DNA from: Planctomycetota bacterium
GTDB lineage: Bacteria; Planctomycetota; Uabimicrobiia; Uabimicrobiales; JABWCH01
Assembly: GCA_022710345.1 (NCBI GenBank)
Contig: JAKLHB010000003.1
Location: 1-46,801, forward strand
Direction: 5' to 3'
DNA: 46,801 nucleotides
Shown piece by piece: positions 17,936 to 26,765 of this stretch (its first letter is position 1; the number at the start of each line of letters is the position of its first letter). The position numbers and the translations under genes were made by a program. The notes under the pieces were generated by a model, which worked only from the letters and a program-made list of their open reading frames with translations, was not told the origin of the DNA and made no database searches.

Positions 17936-20900
17936 TTATTTTGCAAAACGTACTCCAAGATTATCGTATTGCAATTTGGGCTGATAATACCATCGGCGTG
18001 TGCAAGAGACATCATCACTAAATACATCGAATGCTCCACCACGACAGACTTTTGTCGTGGATTTGCTGGAACCTTTTGGATTTTTCACAGGACTTGAAGA
18101 GTAATATTGTTCATCATATCCATCAAAACACCACTCCAATACATTACCTGCCATATCACTGCAACGATATGGGGAATCTCCTAGAGGGAATTGCCCAACT
18201 GGGGATATATTTTCATATCCATCATAAGCACGATGGCTTTGGCGATAATTACAACGATAACGATTTTGGGCATCTGGACTTTCTTCTCCCCAAGGATAGG
18301 AGCGCTGAGGAGATGAATTTTTAATGAATGGGATTGGCACTATAGAGGACCTCCAATCTGGGATATTCAGCCCGCCTCTGGCTGCTTTTTCCCATTCTGC
18401 TTCTGTCGGAAGCCTTTTTCCAGCCCATTTTGCATAAGCCACAGCATCATCCCAAGTAATACCAGCAACAGGTTCTTCAGCTTCGTGCAGGGAATTCCCT
18501 CGAACATATCCTGTAGCTTGGCAAAATGCTTGATATTGCATAGCTGTGAGTTCATATTTGTCCATATAAAAGCCTGCAACTTGGATTCGTTTTATTGGTT
18601 TTTCATCTTTGCGTCGCTTATCATGACCACGCCAAAATTCACCTTCTGGGACAAAGACCATGATGCTTTTATCTTTTTCCCATATATAATATCCACGCTC
18701 TAAAGTACGGCTCATTCCTTCTGGCATGACTTCACCAAACCAGCCTTTATTGCCTAAAGTTTGGTCATAATAAGTTCTTTCAGCCATCTGAATTTTGCCT
18801 TGCCAAGCTTGATAATCTACTTCAGGCATTTGCAAACGTTGGTCGTTTAGATAGTCTCTAGCAGCTTGAAAATCATTGCGAGCCAAATATTCTGAAAGTT
18901 TTGGATGCATCAGCACAGGCTCAGGTTTTGGAAAAATCATCCAGATAATTAAAGTTCCCACTGCTAGAAGAAAGAGGATGAGCGCAACCCATAAAACATG
19001 GTGATCGTCAAATGCTTCTGTTTCAACATTTTCAGGTGTTTCTTCATGCTCGTTTTCTTGAGGTTTAGAAGGAACAATAGATGTTGATCGGATTGGAGAA
19101 TTGAGCACAGGCGTAACCACACTAGGGCTAACCACACCAATGGATCTAGTTTTGCTTTGACCTGTTTTCTCAGTAGGTTTACTAGTCTCTTGTTTAGGAC
19201 TTGGTATTTCGGGCGATGGTATTTCGGGCTGAGGGCTTTTATCAAGCTCAGAAATTTGTGGTTCTAAAGTTTTTTGGCTCCAGGGAATTTTTGCTTTTGG
19301 ATCAGATGATACTGAGATAGGCTTTATTTCTTCATTTGCAGGTGGTTTGGAAAAAGGGCTCGGAGTAGATGCAATTTTGGTGGCCTTAAATAGCGTGACT
19401 TCTCCTGGATTCACAGGCATGTTGGGAAGAGCTGGCAAAACATTGGGCAATTTTTGAAAAATAGGACGATTGGGATTTACTGCTTCGCTATTAGGACTTG
19501 GTTCTTGTGTTGTCTCTGCGATAGGCCAATTAGGAATGATTGGCTTAAGTTCAAATGGTTTTGCAATTAAAGGCGCAGCAGCGCGGCTTTCTGAACCATT
19601 GAGTGCGTGTTCTTCTTTTGCAGGCTTAGAAGTATCTAGGCGCTTCGTTGTTATTCTAAGCTCTGGCTTATTTTTAGTGCCTAGTCCAATAGGCGCTAAC
19701 GTAGGTTCTGTCTGAAATTTTGCTTCTTCGGCTGTAGGAATATTGGGCAGTTCAATTTGTTTTTTAGGTTCTGTTGGCTCTGGTTGATACGGCGGTGGCG
19801 GAGTCTTCGGCGCTGGCATCTTAGGTTCTGTTGGCGCTTTGTACGACGGTGGCGGAGTCTTTGGCGCTGGAGTCTTAGGTTCTGTTGCTTCTCCTTTATA
19901 CGTTGGGGAAGGTGCTGGAGTCTTAGGTTCTGTTGGCTCTGCTTTGTACGTTGGGGAAGAAGTCTTAGCTTCAAAGGAAGGTTGCATTTCTATCCGCGGT
20001 TTTGCTTCAAAGCCAGGAATTTGACCAAACTTGGGCTTTGCTTCTACAGATGTTTGTAAATCTGACTGGCCCGGAGAGCTAGCAATGGGCTTGATTTCAG
20101 TTACTTTTGAAAGCATCATTTTCCTCACCGAAGCATCGGGGTGGAATGAAGCTGTTTCAAGCCCAATTTCAGCGGGTTCCAAGTTAGGATCGCGCTTTTC
20201 CTCATCACTTCCCAATGTTCGTCGGGAGAGTTCTTTGGGCATAGGGGGCAAGCGCCGGGCAAAAGGGTCTGAACCCGAGGTATGATCCTTGCGAATTCTG
20301 CGGTTTGTGCTCGCAATCCCGCCTAATTTTGCTAATTGATTTGCTTTGGATCTCTTTCGGATGGTAAGATCGCTTTTGATCACATCCAATGTTTCTAATA
20401 ATTCTAGTGCAGAGTTAAAACGATCCCCAGGTTTTTTTGCAAGAAGTCTTGCAATGGTTTGGTCTAATTCATCAGGGATATCAGGCATCAAGGCTTTCGG
20501 CGATGGAATGGAGCCTGATATATGCTGTTGTAAAAGAGCAACTATGTCTTGGTCTCGATAAGGAGGCTGCCCTGTAAGTGCATGGTAAAGCACAGCACCT
20601 AAAGCATATAGATCAGCTCTACAATCTATATCTGGTTTTCCCATAGCTTCTTCTGGGGATACGTACAGCGGTGATCCATAGATGGGGCTGTTTTCCACAG
20701 CCTTGGCTGTTCCAAAATCTGAAACTTTGATTTCTTGATTGGTTGAGATTAAAACATTGCTGGGTTTAAAATTTCTATGTAATATCCCTTTAAGATGTGC
20801 AATTTGCAAGCCTTTGGCCACTTCCTGTGCCATAATAAGGGCTATATCTATAGGCAAATGGCCTTGTTTTTGAATCATATCCCCAAGTGTGATACCATCA

Positions 20901-21196
20901 ATAAATTGCATGATAATATAATATATATCTTCTTCTGCTCCCATATCATATATTGAAACAATATTGGGATGTTCCAACTGGGCTGCTAGACGAACTTCTG
21001 CAAGCACTGCTTCCCAAATTTTGCCACCTTCTTTGGGAATATTTAATATTTTTAAGGCAACTGTTTTATGCAAAAAAAGATGCTTTGCTTTATACACAGT
21101 CCCATGGCTTCCCCCACCCAATTTCTCCAAAATTTCACATTTGCCAATTTGTGTGCCTACTTCTATATTCATAGAAAAATTCCATTTCAAAGCCAA
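17936..21196 (-). CDS. Membrane-spanning Hanks-type Ser/Thr kinase homologue (HRN variant) with a Pro-rich linker, one TM helix and a C-terminal FGE-sulfatase (SUMF1/C-type-lectin-fold) domain.
   Basis: LGGGSHGTVYKA, VALKIL, HRNFKPSN, SDFG, SPEE. TM helix WVALILFLLAVGTLIIWMIF. C-terminal YMDKYELT, GITWDDAVAYAKWAGKRLPTEAEWEKAARGG, DMAGNVLEWC, RGGAF, GVRFAK. The tracked start is TTG 21196; ATG 21172 (MNIEVG) is more likely. Confidence 0.85.
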   Translation of the reverse strand: MALKWNFSMNIEVGTQIGKCEILEKLGGGSHGTVYKAKHLFLHKTVALKILNIPKEGGKIWEAVLAEVRLAAQLEHPNIVSIYDMGAEEDIYYIIMQFIDGITLGDMIQKQGHLPIDIALIMAQEVAKGLQIAHLKGILHRNFKPSNVLISTNQEIKVSDFGTAKAVENSPIYGSPLYVSPEEAMGKPDIDCRADLYALGAVLYHALTGQPPYRDQDIVALLQQHISGSIPSPKALMPDIPDELDQTIARLLAKKPGDRFNSALELLETLDVIKSDLTIRKRSKANQLAKLGGIASTNRRIRKDHTSGSDPFARRLPPMPKELSRRTLGSDEEKRDPNLEPAEIGLETASFHPDASVRKMMLSKVTEIKPIASSPGQSDLQTSVEAKPKFGQIPGFEAKPRIEMQPSFEAKTSSPTYKAEPTEPKTPAPSPTYKGEATEPKTPAPKTPPPSYKAPTEPKMPAPKTPPPPYQPEPTEPKKQIELPNIPTAEEAKFQTEPTLAPIGLGTKNKPELRITTKRLDTSKPAKEEHALNGSESRAAAPLIAKPFELKPIIPNWPIAETTQEPSPNSEAVNPNRPIFQKLPNVLPALPNMPVNPGEVTLFKATKIASTPSPFSKPPANEEIKPISVSSDPKAKIPWSQKTLEPQISELDKSPQPEIPSPEIPSPKQETSKPTEKTGQSKTRSIGVVSPSVVTPVLNSPIRSTSIVPSKPQENEHEETPENVETEAFDDHHVLWVALILFLLAVGTLIIWMIFPKPEPVLMHPKLSEYLARNDFQAARDYLNDQRLQMPEVDYQAWQGKIQMAERTYYDQTLGNKGWFGEVMPEGMSRTLERGYYIWEKDKSIMVFVPEGEFWRGHDKRRKDEKPIKRIQVAGFYMDKYELTAMQYQAFCQATGYVRGNSLHEAEEPVAGITWDDAVAYAKWAGKRLPTEAEWEKAARGGLNIPDWRSSIVPIPFIKNSSPQRSYPWGEESPDAQNRYRCNYRQSHRAYDGYENISPVGQFPLGDSPYRCSDMAGNVLEWCFDGYDEQYYSSSPVKNPKGSSKSTTKVCRGGAFDVFSDDVSCTRRWYYQPKLQYDNLGVRFAK

Positions 21197-21228
21197 GTTT
21201 TAAAGCTCAGAGTTTTGCCAGCATGATA

Positions 21229-23178
21229 TTAGGAATCCTGCGAATCCTGCTTTTTTGTCTTTGGCCCTTTATGTTTTTTGGGTCGAGATGTCTTGTGTTT
21301 AGGCTGCATTTGCTTTGCCAATTCCCATAATCCATGCAATTGAATATTATCAATCATATTTTTAATTTTTTTACATACCGAATCTTTAGGTCTCATGGCC
21401 AAAGCACGTTGAATGGCCCACTCTGCGTTTTCCAAATGATTGGATTCGATAAATGCCAAAGCTAGATTAGAAAGATAATCTGGTGTTTGAGGCGAAAGCA
21501 TAGCCGCACGCTGAAAGCAGTCTAACGCAATCTCTGTTTTTTCCAGCAACATGCCAACTACACCCAATTCTGTCAAGATGAGTGGATTATTAGGAACGAT
21601 TTTAGCAGCGCGTTCAAATGATTCAAAAGCTTCTTCATATTGGTTTAAGCGAGAGTATGCACGGCCTAGAAAAAACCAACCGGGCCAAAATTCAGGGACT
21701 TCTAAGGTACATTCTTGCAAAAAAGCCATGCCTTCTTTTGGCTTGCCTTGCACAATTTTTTCTCCAGCTTCTACAAATTTTGTTTCAAAATTGCTAATTT
21801 TGCTGGATAAGATTTCTTGGCATAAAAAGTCTTGAAATAAAGTTTCTTGACTAACTTTAAGTCCTTGTTGCCAAATATTTAATGCTTGTCTTTTTTGCCT
21901 TTGCTTTTGCAAAGCTAGCCCTAAATATAAATATACACCAGCATCTTCTGGATGCTGATCCATATAGTCCCGAAAGGACCCTATCACTGGATTATAATCT
22001 CCCAATTTTTCTAAATTCCGAATCCAGCAATCATAAGAGGCCCATGGAATGGGTGGATGTTTCAAGCTTTCTTCAAATGCAATCCACATTTGACCATATT
22101 GTTGCATTTCAAAATAAGCGTTCATCAAATTAATATAAGTACCTGAACTAGAAGGATTTTTCTTTAATGCTTGTAGCCAATATACCACAGCTTTTTCTAA
22201 ATTTCCCATTTCTGCATATACGGTGCCAATATTGTGCGTGATCATATGGGAGCCATGAGGATTTCGCTTGAGATACTGCTGATATAGCACTAAGGCTTTG
22301 TCTAATTTTTCTGTTTGCTCGTAATAATTGCCCATGGCCAGAACCACTTCTACACTATTGGGGCTTTTGCGTTTGGCACGGTTAAGATTGCGCAGGAAAT
22401 TTTTTGTATCTTCTAAATAATGGTAAATCGTGGCTATGACTAAAAAAATCTCGCCCGAAAATTCCTCATTTTGTTCCAATTTTTTCAAAATTTCAAGAGA
22501 TCTTGTATAAGCATCCCCTGGTAATAGAGGATTTTGTAGCAAATCTTCAATAAAGCCAAGCAAACGATATGCTGCCAGATCTAACTTAGGGTCCCACTCT
22601 AAAATTTTTTCCAAATTACTTAAAATGGTATTGAAATCTTTATTTTCATCTGCTTGAAAGCAATTGATTCTATAAATGGAATGCAGCAATAGTTCTAATG
22701 CTCGTGCATTGTTTGTGATAGGCCATTTTTCAGCTTGCTCTGCTTTTTCAACGTATGGTTGTTCCATCGCCAAAATAAGAGGCCGGATACAGTTTTTCAA
22801 ATTATGAACGCTTTGCAACAAAGAACCAGTCCAAGCATTTTGATAGAGTTCTATTTCATTGGCAATATCCCATAGTTTGATTTCTATGGAAAAATAATTG
22901 TTGCGTATGCTGCTCACTGTAGGTATTAAAACAAACTTACTTTGTGCATCAAAATGCGTCAACATCTGTAGCAAGTTTTCGATGGGGAGTTGAGAAGGCC
23001 AAGTCCATAACTCCTTCTCTCCTTCTTCCGGGCCGCTTAAAAAAAGCGGAGCCTTTACAATCACATTGCTGCATACCCGGATATTCATCACCAGAATATC
23101 CATCAGTCCATGCACGGCTTTGATGTCCACTTCTCCTTCAGTGCAAATAGGTGCTATGACTAGGATATTTTCTTGCAT
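21229..23178 (-). CDS. TPR-repeat protein (BatC-like position) with a non-TPR N-terminal ~250 aa and a Lys-rich tail.
   Basis: Multiple 34-aa TPR-like units (AxxYxxxGxxxxAxxxxxxAL patterns, e.g. GNYYEQTEKLDKALVLYQQYLKRNP, GTVYAEMGNLEKAVVYWLQALKKNP). The start ATG at 23178 overlaps the upstream gene by 19 nt. Confidence 0.8.
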   Translation of the reverse strand: MQENILVIAPICTEGEVDIKAVHGLMDILVMNIRVCSNVIVKAPLFLSGPEEGEKELWTWPSQLPIENLLQMLTHFDAQSKFVLIPTVSSIRNNYFSIEIKLWDIANEIELYQNAWTGSLLQSVHNLKNCIRPLILAMEQPYVEKAEQAEKWPITNNARALELLLHSIYRINCFQADENKDFNTILSNLEKILEWDPKLDLAAYRLLGFIEDLLQNPLLPGDAYTRSLEILKKLEQNEEFSGEIFLVIATIYHYLEDTKNFLRNLNRAKRKSPNSVEVVLAMGNYYEQTEKLDKALVLYQQYLKRNPHGSHMITHNIGTVYAEMGNLEKAVVYWLQALKKNPSSSGTYINLMNAYFEMQQYGQMWIAFEESLKHPPIPWASYDCWIRNLEKLGDYNPVIGSFRDYMDQHPEDAGVYLYLGLALQKQRQKRQALNIWQQGLKVSQETLFQDFLCQEILSSKISNFETKFVEAGEKIVQGKPKEGMAFLQECTLEVPEFWPGWFFLGRAYSRLNQYEEAFESFERAAKIVPNNPLILTELGVVGMLLEKTEIALDCFQRAAMLSPQTPDYLSNLALAFIESNHLENAEWAIQRALAMRPKDSVCKKIKNMIDNIQLHGLWELAKQMQPKHKTSRPKKHKGPKTKKQDSQDS

Positions 23179-24800
23179 TTTTTCATCCTATAAAAACTTT
23201 TCATAAGAATAAGAATAAAAACGAGTTGAGTATAGCTAGAATTATAATATTCTCGAATTTCTGCACTTGGTTGATCAGGTTGCATGCTTGCATTCCAAGC
23301 CAGAGGAGCAATCCGAGATTGTGTTCCAGGAACATGGACAATCTGAAAATTTGCGTTTTGTGCATTTGGTTGGGTTGCCCATACCATAACATTATAAACT
23401 AAAATTGGAAAAGAGGCAAGAAATTGCCAATTAGAATCTGCTAAAGAAAATGCAATATAGATGCAATTTGCATCCCCAAAATGTATTTCAGCAATCAAAG
23501 AGCCTGCATTTCCGCTTGCAATTTGATTCGCCGCCAGAGTACAATTCCATGCTCTGCGGATAGTTAAGAAAGAAAAATCAATATCTTCCAAAAGTGGATG
23601 ATTGCTATTCCACTTCCATATTTTGGGATTTTCAGATCTTTCCTTTAAATAAGGAGCTATTTCTGGCCATATCGTGCCCCATATCAAAAATTTTCCAACT
23701 GGTAAAGAACAGCGTTCTTCTGGATTCATTAAAATGATTAAATCATACGCATGATCTTGAGATATTTGTTCCAAGGTCTTACACCAAGAGCTGTTTTCTT
23801 GGTCAACTAGCTCAGGATAGCTTGCTAAAGCAGCCAAGACATGCGGCTGGGGAGTTTGGCTAACTAACAATACCCTGAGTTTTAAAACACCTATAATACA
23901 TTCTGCTACATCATCTAAAAGAAAAACATCACTTTTTTGTAACCAACAACGCAATTTTCCTTGAGAAAGTTGCGGCATCCATTGAATTGTTTCAGTGGTT
24001 TGTTCAAGCGGCTTTAGCACAATATCTATGCGCCCATGTTGCTCCAATCCATTAGCCTCTTGCCAAGACCAGCAAAGCTGATTTTCTTGATGGGTTTGGC
24101 TAGCATTGGTAATTTTCACTTTACACTCCCAAGGAGTGCCCTGGTCAATATGCTGGATCATAATTCCTAAGTTTTGGTCTGTTTGACCTACGATATGGAT
24201 TTGAGCAGTTGGGCATTGCTGGACAAGCCAAGGCAGCATGGTGTTCCAATTTTCGTCTGCGCCATCTGTCACAACGGCCAGTTGGTATGGCTCTGCACAA
24301 AGGGATACTGCTAATTCTGCTGCTTCTTTTATACTGCCTCGTTGTTGTTGAACTTGCATCAATTCCCATCCATATCCAGTTGTCCAATGTGCATTCGGTG
24401 CTGTGAGCACAAAAGTGATACGATCTAAACCTGCCTGGCCGATATATCTATGTAATAGTTCTTTGGCTTTGTCCCATCGTGCACCATGGTCTTCTTGCAC
24501 CAGCATACTCATGCTGTTGTCTAAGAGAATGATCCAATGAGGCTGCTTTTTCAAGCTAAAAGGTTGCGCAATTCCCACAAGCAACAAACATGCACAAAGC
24601 CACCAAAAAACAGCTTCAGCATACGGTGAACGCAGGCGATTGACCCATTTTGCCTGCAAGGTTGGTGTGTGCCAAAGTCCAAGCCAAGGCACTAAAAGCC
24701 GTTTAGGCCGAGTTGCCCATTTCCAGAAAAGTAACAATGTGGCAAACCCGATCAGCCATAAATACCAACTATGCGCAAACTGCATCATGTTTTTCTCCAA
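23160..24800 (-). CDS. vWA-domain membrane protein, BatA-like (N-terminal double-transmembrane domain plus a MIDAS-containing vWA domain).
   Basis: Two N-terminal TM helices (WYLWLIGFATLLLFW; FWWLCACLLLVGIA) followed by IILLDNSMSM (DxSxS MIDAS). The likely start is ATG 24788, preceded by GGAG; the tracked TTG at 24800 lies 1 nt from the DUF58 stop. Confidence 0.7.
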   Translation of the reverse strand: MEKNMMQFAHSWYLWLIGFATLLLFWKWATRPKRLLVPWLGLWHTPTLQAKWVNRLRSPYAEAVFWWLCACLLLVGIAQPFSLKKQPHWIILLDNSMSMLVQEDHGARWDKAKELLHRYIGQAGLDRITFVLTAPNAHWTTGYGWELMQVQQQRGSIKEAAELAVSLCAEPYQLAVVTDGADENWNTMLPWLVQQCPTAQIHIVGQTDQNLGIMIQHIDQGTPWECKVKITNASQTHQENQLCWSWQEANGLEQHGRIDIVLKPLEQTTETIQWMPQLSQGKLRCWLQKSDVFLLDDVAECIIGVLKLRVLLVSQTPQPHVLAALASYPELVDQENSSWCKTLEQISQDHAYDLIILMNPEERCSLPVGKFLIWGTIWPEIAPYLKERSENPKIWKWNSNHPLLEDIDFSFLTIRRAWNCTLAANQIASGNAGSLIAEIHFGDANCIYIAFSLADSNWQFLASFPILVYNVMVWATQPNAQNANFQIVHVPGTQSRIAPLAWNASMQPDQPSAEIREYYNSSYTQLVFILILMKSFYRMKKCKKIS

Positions 24801-24801
24801 T

Positions 24802-25671
24802 TCAACGAATCAGGCCAAGCCATTTCGAAATAGAAATTACTTTGTTTAACCATGTCTCAGAAGTAAGAATTTCAGTTGTTCGAATATGATATTGCCGGCA
24901 AAATCCCTCAAAATGGCGTTGATGCTGTTGCAATCGTTGTTGATACTGCTGTTGCCATTTTTGTGACAAGTCCATGATTTGGGTAGCACCGGTTTCTGCA
25001 TCTTCTAATATCCAAGTCCCTCTCCAATTTGGGCTTTTCTCTTCTTCAGCCATGATTTTCCCTGCCACGACAGCCATATTTTTTTTGCGTAACCAAGGTA
25101 AAAATTCAAAATACACTGGATCATAGAAATCACTCAAAACAACTGCTTTACTATGCTGGGTGAGATAAGGAAGATATGCAGGGACAGCCCAATTTGGAGT
25201 ACGTACATTGGGCTGAAGGCTGGCCAACATGGAAAGCATCGTCATGGTTTGTGATTTTCCATAATATCGAAAAAATTGGCCTTGAGACATAGGCATGATG
25301 AAAAAACTGACTTTGTCTCCCAAGTGCAATGCGACATACATCAAAGCCGCTGCAATCTGCTGAACAATTTCAAATTTATGATACAACGACATAGATGCAG
25401 AAATATCCAGGCAAATTGTCCAATGTCTAGGCACGACCACTGCGTATTCTTTGACAAAAAATTCTTGCCATCTTTGCCAGACATGCCAATCTATACGGCC
25501 AAAGTCATCGCCTGGTACATACCCACGATATTCCAGAAACTCCAAGCTCGTTTGGCCTTGGCTAGAGTGAATGGTTTTGGGCCGATCCATCAATCGTCGT
25601 TTGATTTGCTCAACGAGCCAAGATAATTGCTGCAAAAAATGAGAAGAATGCAAATTTAACGAAGCAACCAT
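24802..25671 (-). CDS. DUF58-family protein (the class normally encoded next to MoxR AAA+ ATPases).
   Basis: EFLEYRGYVPGDDFGRIDWHVWQRWQEFFVKEY...ICLDISASMS matches the DUF58 core (REY.PGDD.R.IDW...VK.F......LD.S.SM). I take the start as ATG 25671 (MVASLNL), which overlaps the FHA gene stop within ATGGTTGCTTCGTTAA. The tracked ORF extends to 25767. Confidence 0.75.
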   Translation of the reverse strand: MVASLNLHSSHFLQQLSWLVEQIKRRLMDRPKTIHSSQGQTSLEFLEYRGYVPGDDFGRIDWHVWQRWQEFFVKEYAVVVPRHWTICLDISASMSLYHKFEIVQQIAAALMYVALHLGDKVSFFIMPMSQGQFFRYYGKSQTMTMLSMLASLQPNVRTPNWAVPAYLPYLTQHSKAVVLSDFYDPVYFEFLPWLRKKNMAVVAGKIMAEEEKSPNWRGTWILEDAETGATQIMDLSQKWQQQYQQRLQQHQRHFEGFCRQYHIRTTEILTSETWLNKVISISKWLGLIR

Positions 25672-26678
25672 AACGTAATCCACCGTGAAGCAAAAGCTAA
25701 ACAAACCAAAACAACTAACATACCCAATGAAAGTTTGATGCGTTGCAAAGGAGAAGCTTGGTCCCAAAAACTCGACCGTTTTTGCTTGGCCGAAACTAAA
25801 ATACGCCTTTTTTTATACAAGAGGCCATCTGCGTTGGCCGGCTGTTTAGCTAAAGATGGCTCTGTCTGAATAAGCGCTAAATTTGTCTGGATAGGCCTGG
25901 AGTTAGACGTTTGCTGAATAGGGCCGGCATCCAGCTTCTGCTGAGATGCCGAAGCAAGTTTTTGCTGGGCAGGAACCAAATCAGGCTGCTGCTGAATAGG
26001 TGACAATCCTGTTTCTTGCTGCATAGGCTTTAACTCTGGCTTCTTAGAGCCAGCATCCACAGCTAGACGAGCAATCGGTCTATCTAAGACAATCTCGGCT
26101 AATGCTGGTATATCAAAATGCTCTTCTGGCTTCAAGGCAAGCGGCTTTTGTTCCAGAAGCTGGGGAGATGCCTCTATATCTCCTAACTTGCTTTCTGAAG
26201 AAGCGGGCACTGCTGATTCATCTGCTACTTTACTTTCTGGAGAAACAGGCGCGCTCACTTCTGGAGAAACAGGCGCGCTCACTTCTGGAGAAACAGGCGC
26301 GCTCACTTCTGGAGAAACAGGCGCGCTCACTTCTGGAAAAACAGGCGCGCTCACTTTTGATCCATTCGCTGACTTACTTTCAGCCGAAGCCTCTTCATCG
26401 CTCAGAAACAGCATCACAGTCTCGCCAATTTGTATACAGTCTCCGGAAATCAGTTGTTGCTTTGTAATCTTTTGGCCATTGTGCAATGTTCCATTACGGC
26501 TTTGCATATCTTCTATATAGTAGATATTGTGTTCCAAGAAGATTTTGCTGTTCTGGCGAGAAGCCCGCGTGTCTGCAAGAGGAATTTCATTTTCACTTTG
26601 CCGGCCTAGAATGGCTTGAGCGCCAATCGTATACTCTAAGCCCTGATTGGGCCCGGACTGGATAATAATCTTTGGCAT
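25656..26678 (-). CDS. FHA-domain protein with a repetitive Pro/Ser/Val linker and a C-terminal TM anchor.
   Basis: MPKIIIQSGPNQGLEYTIGAQAILGRQSENEIPLADTRASRQNSKIF...IEDMQSRNGTLHNGQKI is a canonical FHA pattern (GR...S..H, SxNGT). SAPV(S/F)PEV occurs 5 times. The C-terminal helix is LSLGMLVVLVCLAFASRWITLWLL. ATG 26678 is preceded by GAGGG; the tracked ORF starts at 26744. Confidence 0.8.
   Translation of the reverse strand: MPKIIIQSGPNQGLEYTIGAQAILGRQSENEIPLADTRASRQNSKIFLEHNIYYIEDMQSRNGTLHNGQKITKQQLISGDCIQIGETVMLFLSDEEASAESKSANGSKVSAPVFPEVSAPVSPEVSAPVSPEVSAPVSPEVSAPVSPESKVADESAVPASSESKLGDIEASPQLLEQKPLALKPEEHFDIPALAEIVLDRPIARLAVDAGSKKPELKPMQQETGLSPIQQQPDLVPAQQKLASASQQKLDAGPIQQTSNSRPIQTNLALIQTEPSLAKQPANADGLLYKKRRILVSAKQKRSSFWDQASPLQRIKLSLGMLVVLVCLAFASRWITLWLLR
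26236..26355. repeat. Five tandem copies of a 24-bp unit (four perfect) inside the FHA gene.
   Basis: tctggagaaacaggcgcgctcact at 26236, 26260, 26284 and 26308; the copy at 26332 has one mismatch (tctggaaaa...). On the minus strand this encodes the (EVSAPVSP) repeats. Confidence 0.95.
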
Positions 26679-26765
26679 TGATGCCCTCATGCACACAAAA
26701 AAATGAGTATCCCTGAGCATGATTTTGCTCAGGGTTTTGTTCATGAAAATATCCTAGGCTTTTTG

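Noticed and set aside
17936-18150. The C-terminal FGE-sulfatase/C-type-lectin fold as a diversity-generating-retroelement variable region.
   Set aside because: Kinase-CLec proteins are known DGR targets. However, I found no template-repeat copy of the 3' end of the gene, no adenine-specific mismatch pattern and no reverse transcriptase ORF in the window.
19696-20059. Several 60-100-aa ORFs on both strands within the Pro-rich linker of the kinase-FGE gene.
   Set aside because: Same artefact as above: repeat-driven open frames nested in a long ORF with strong domain evidence on either side.
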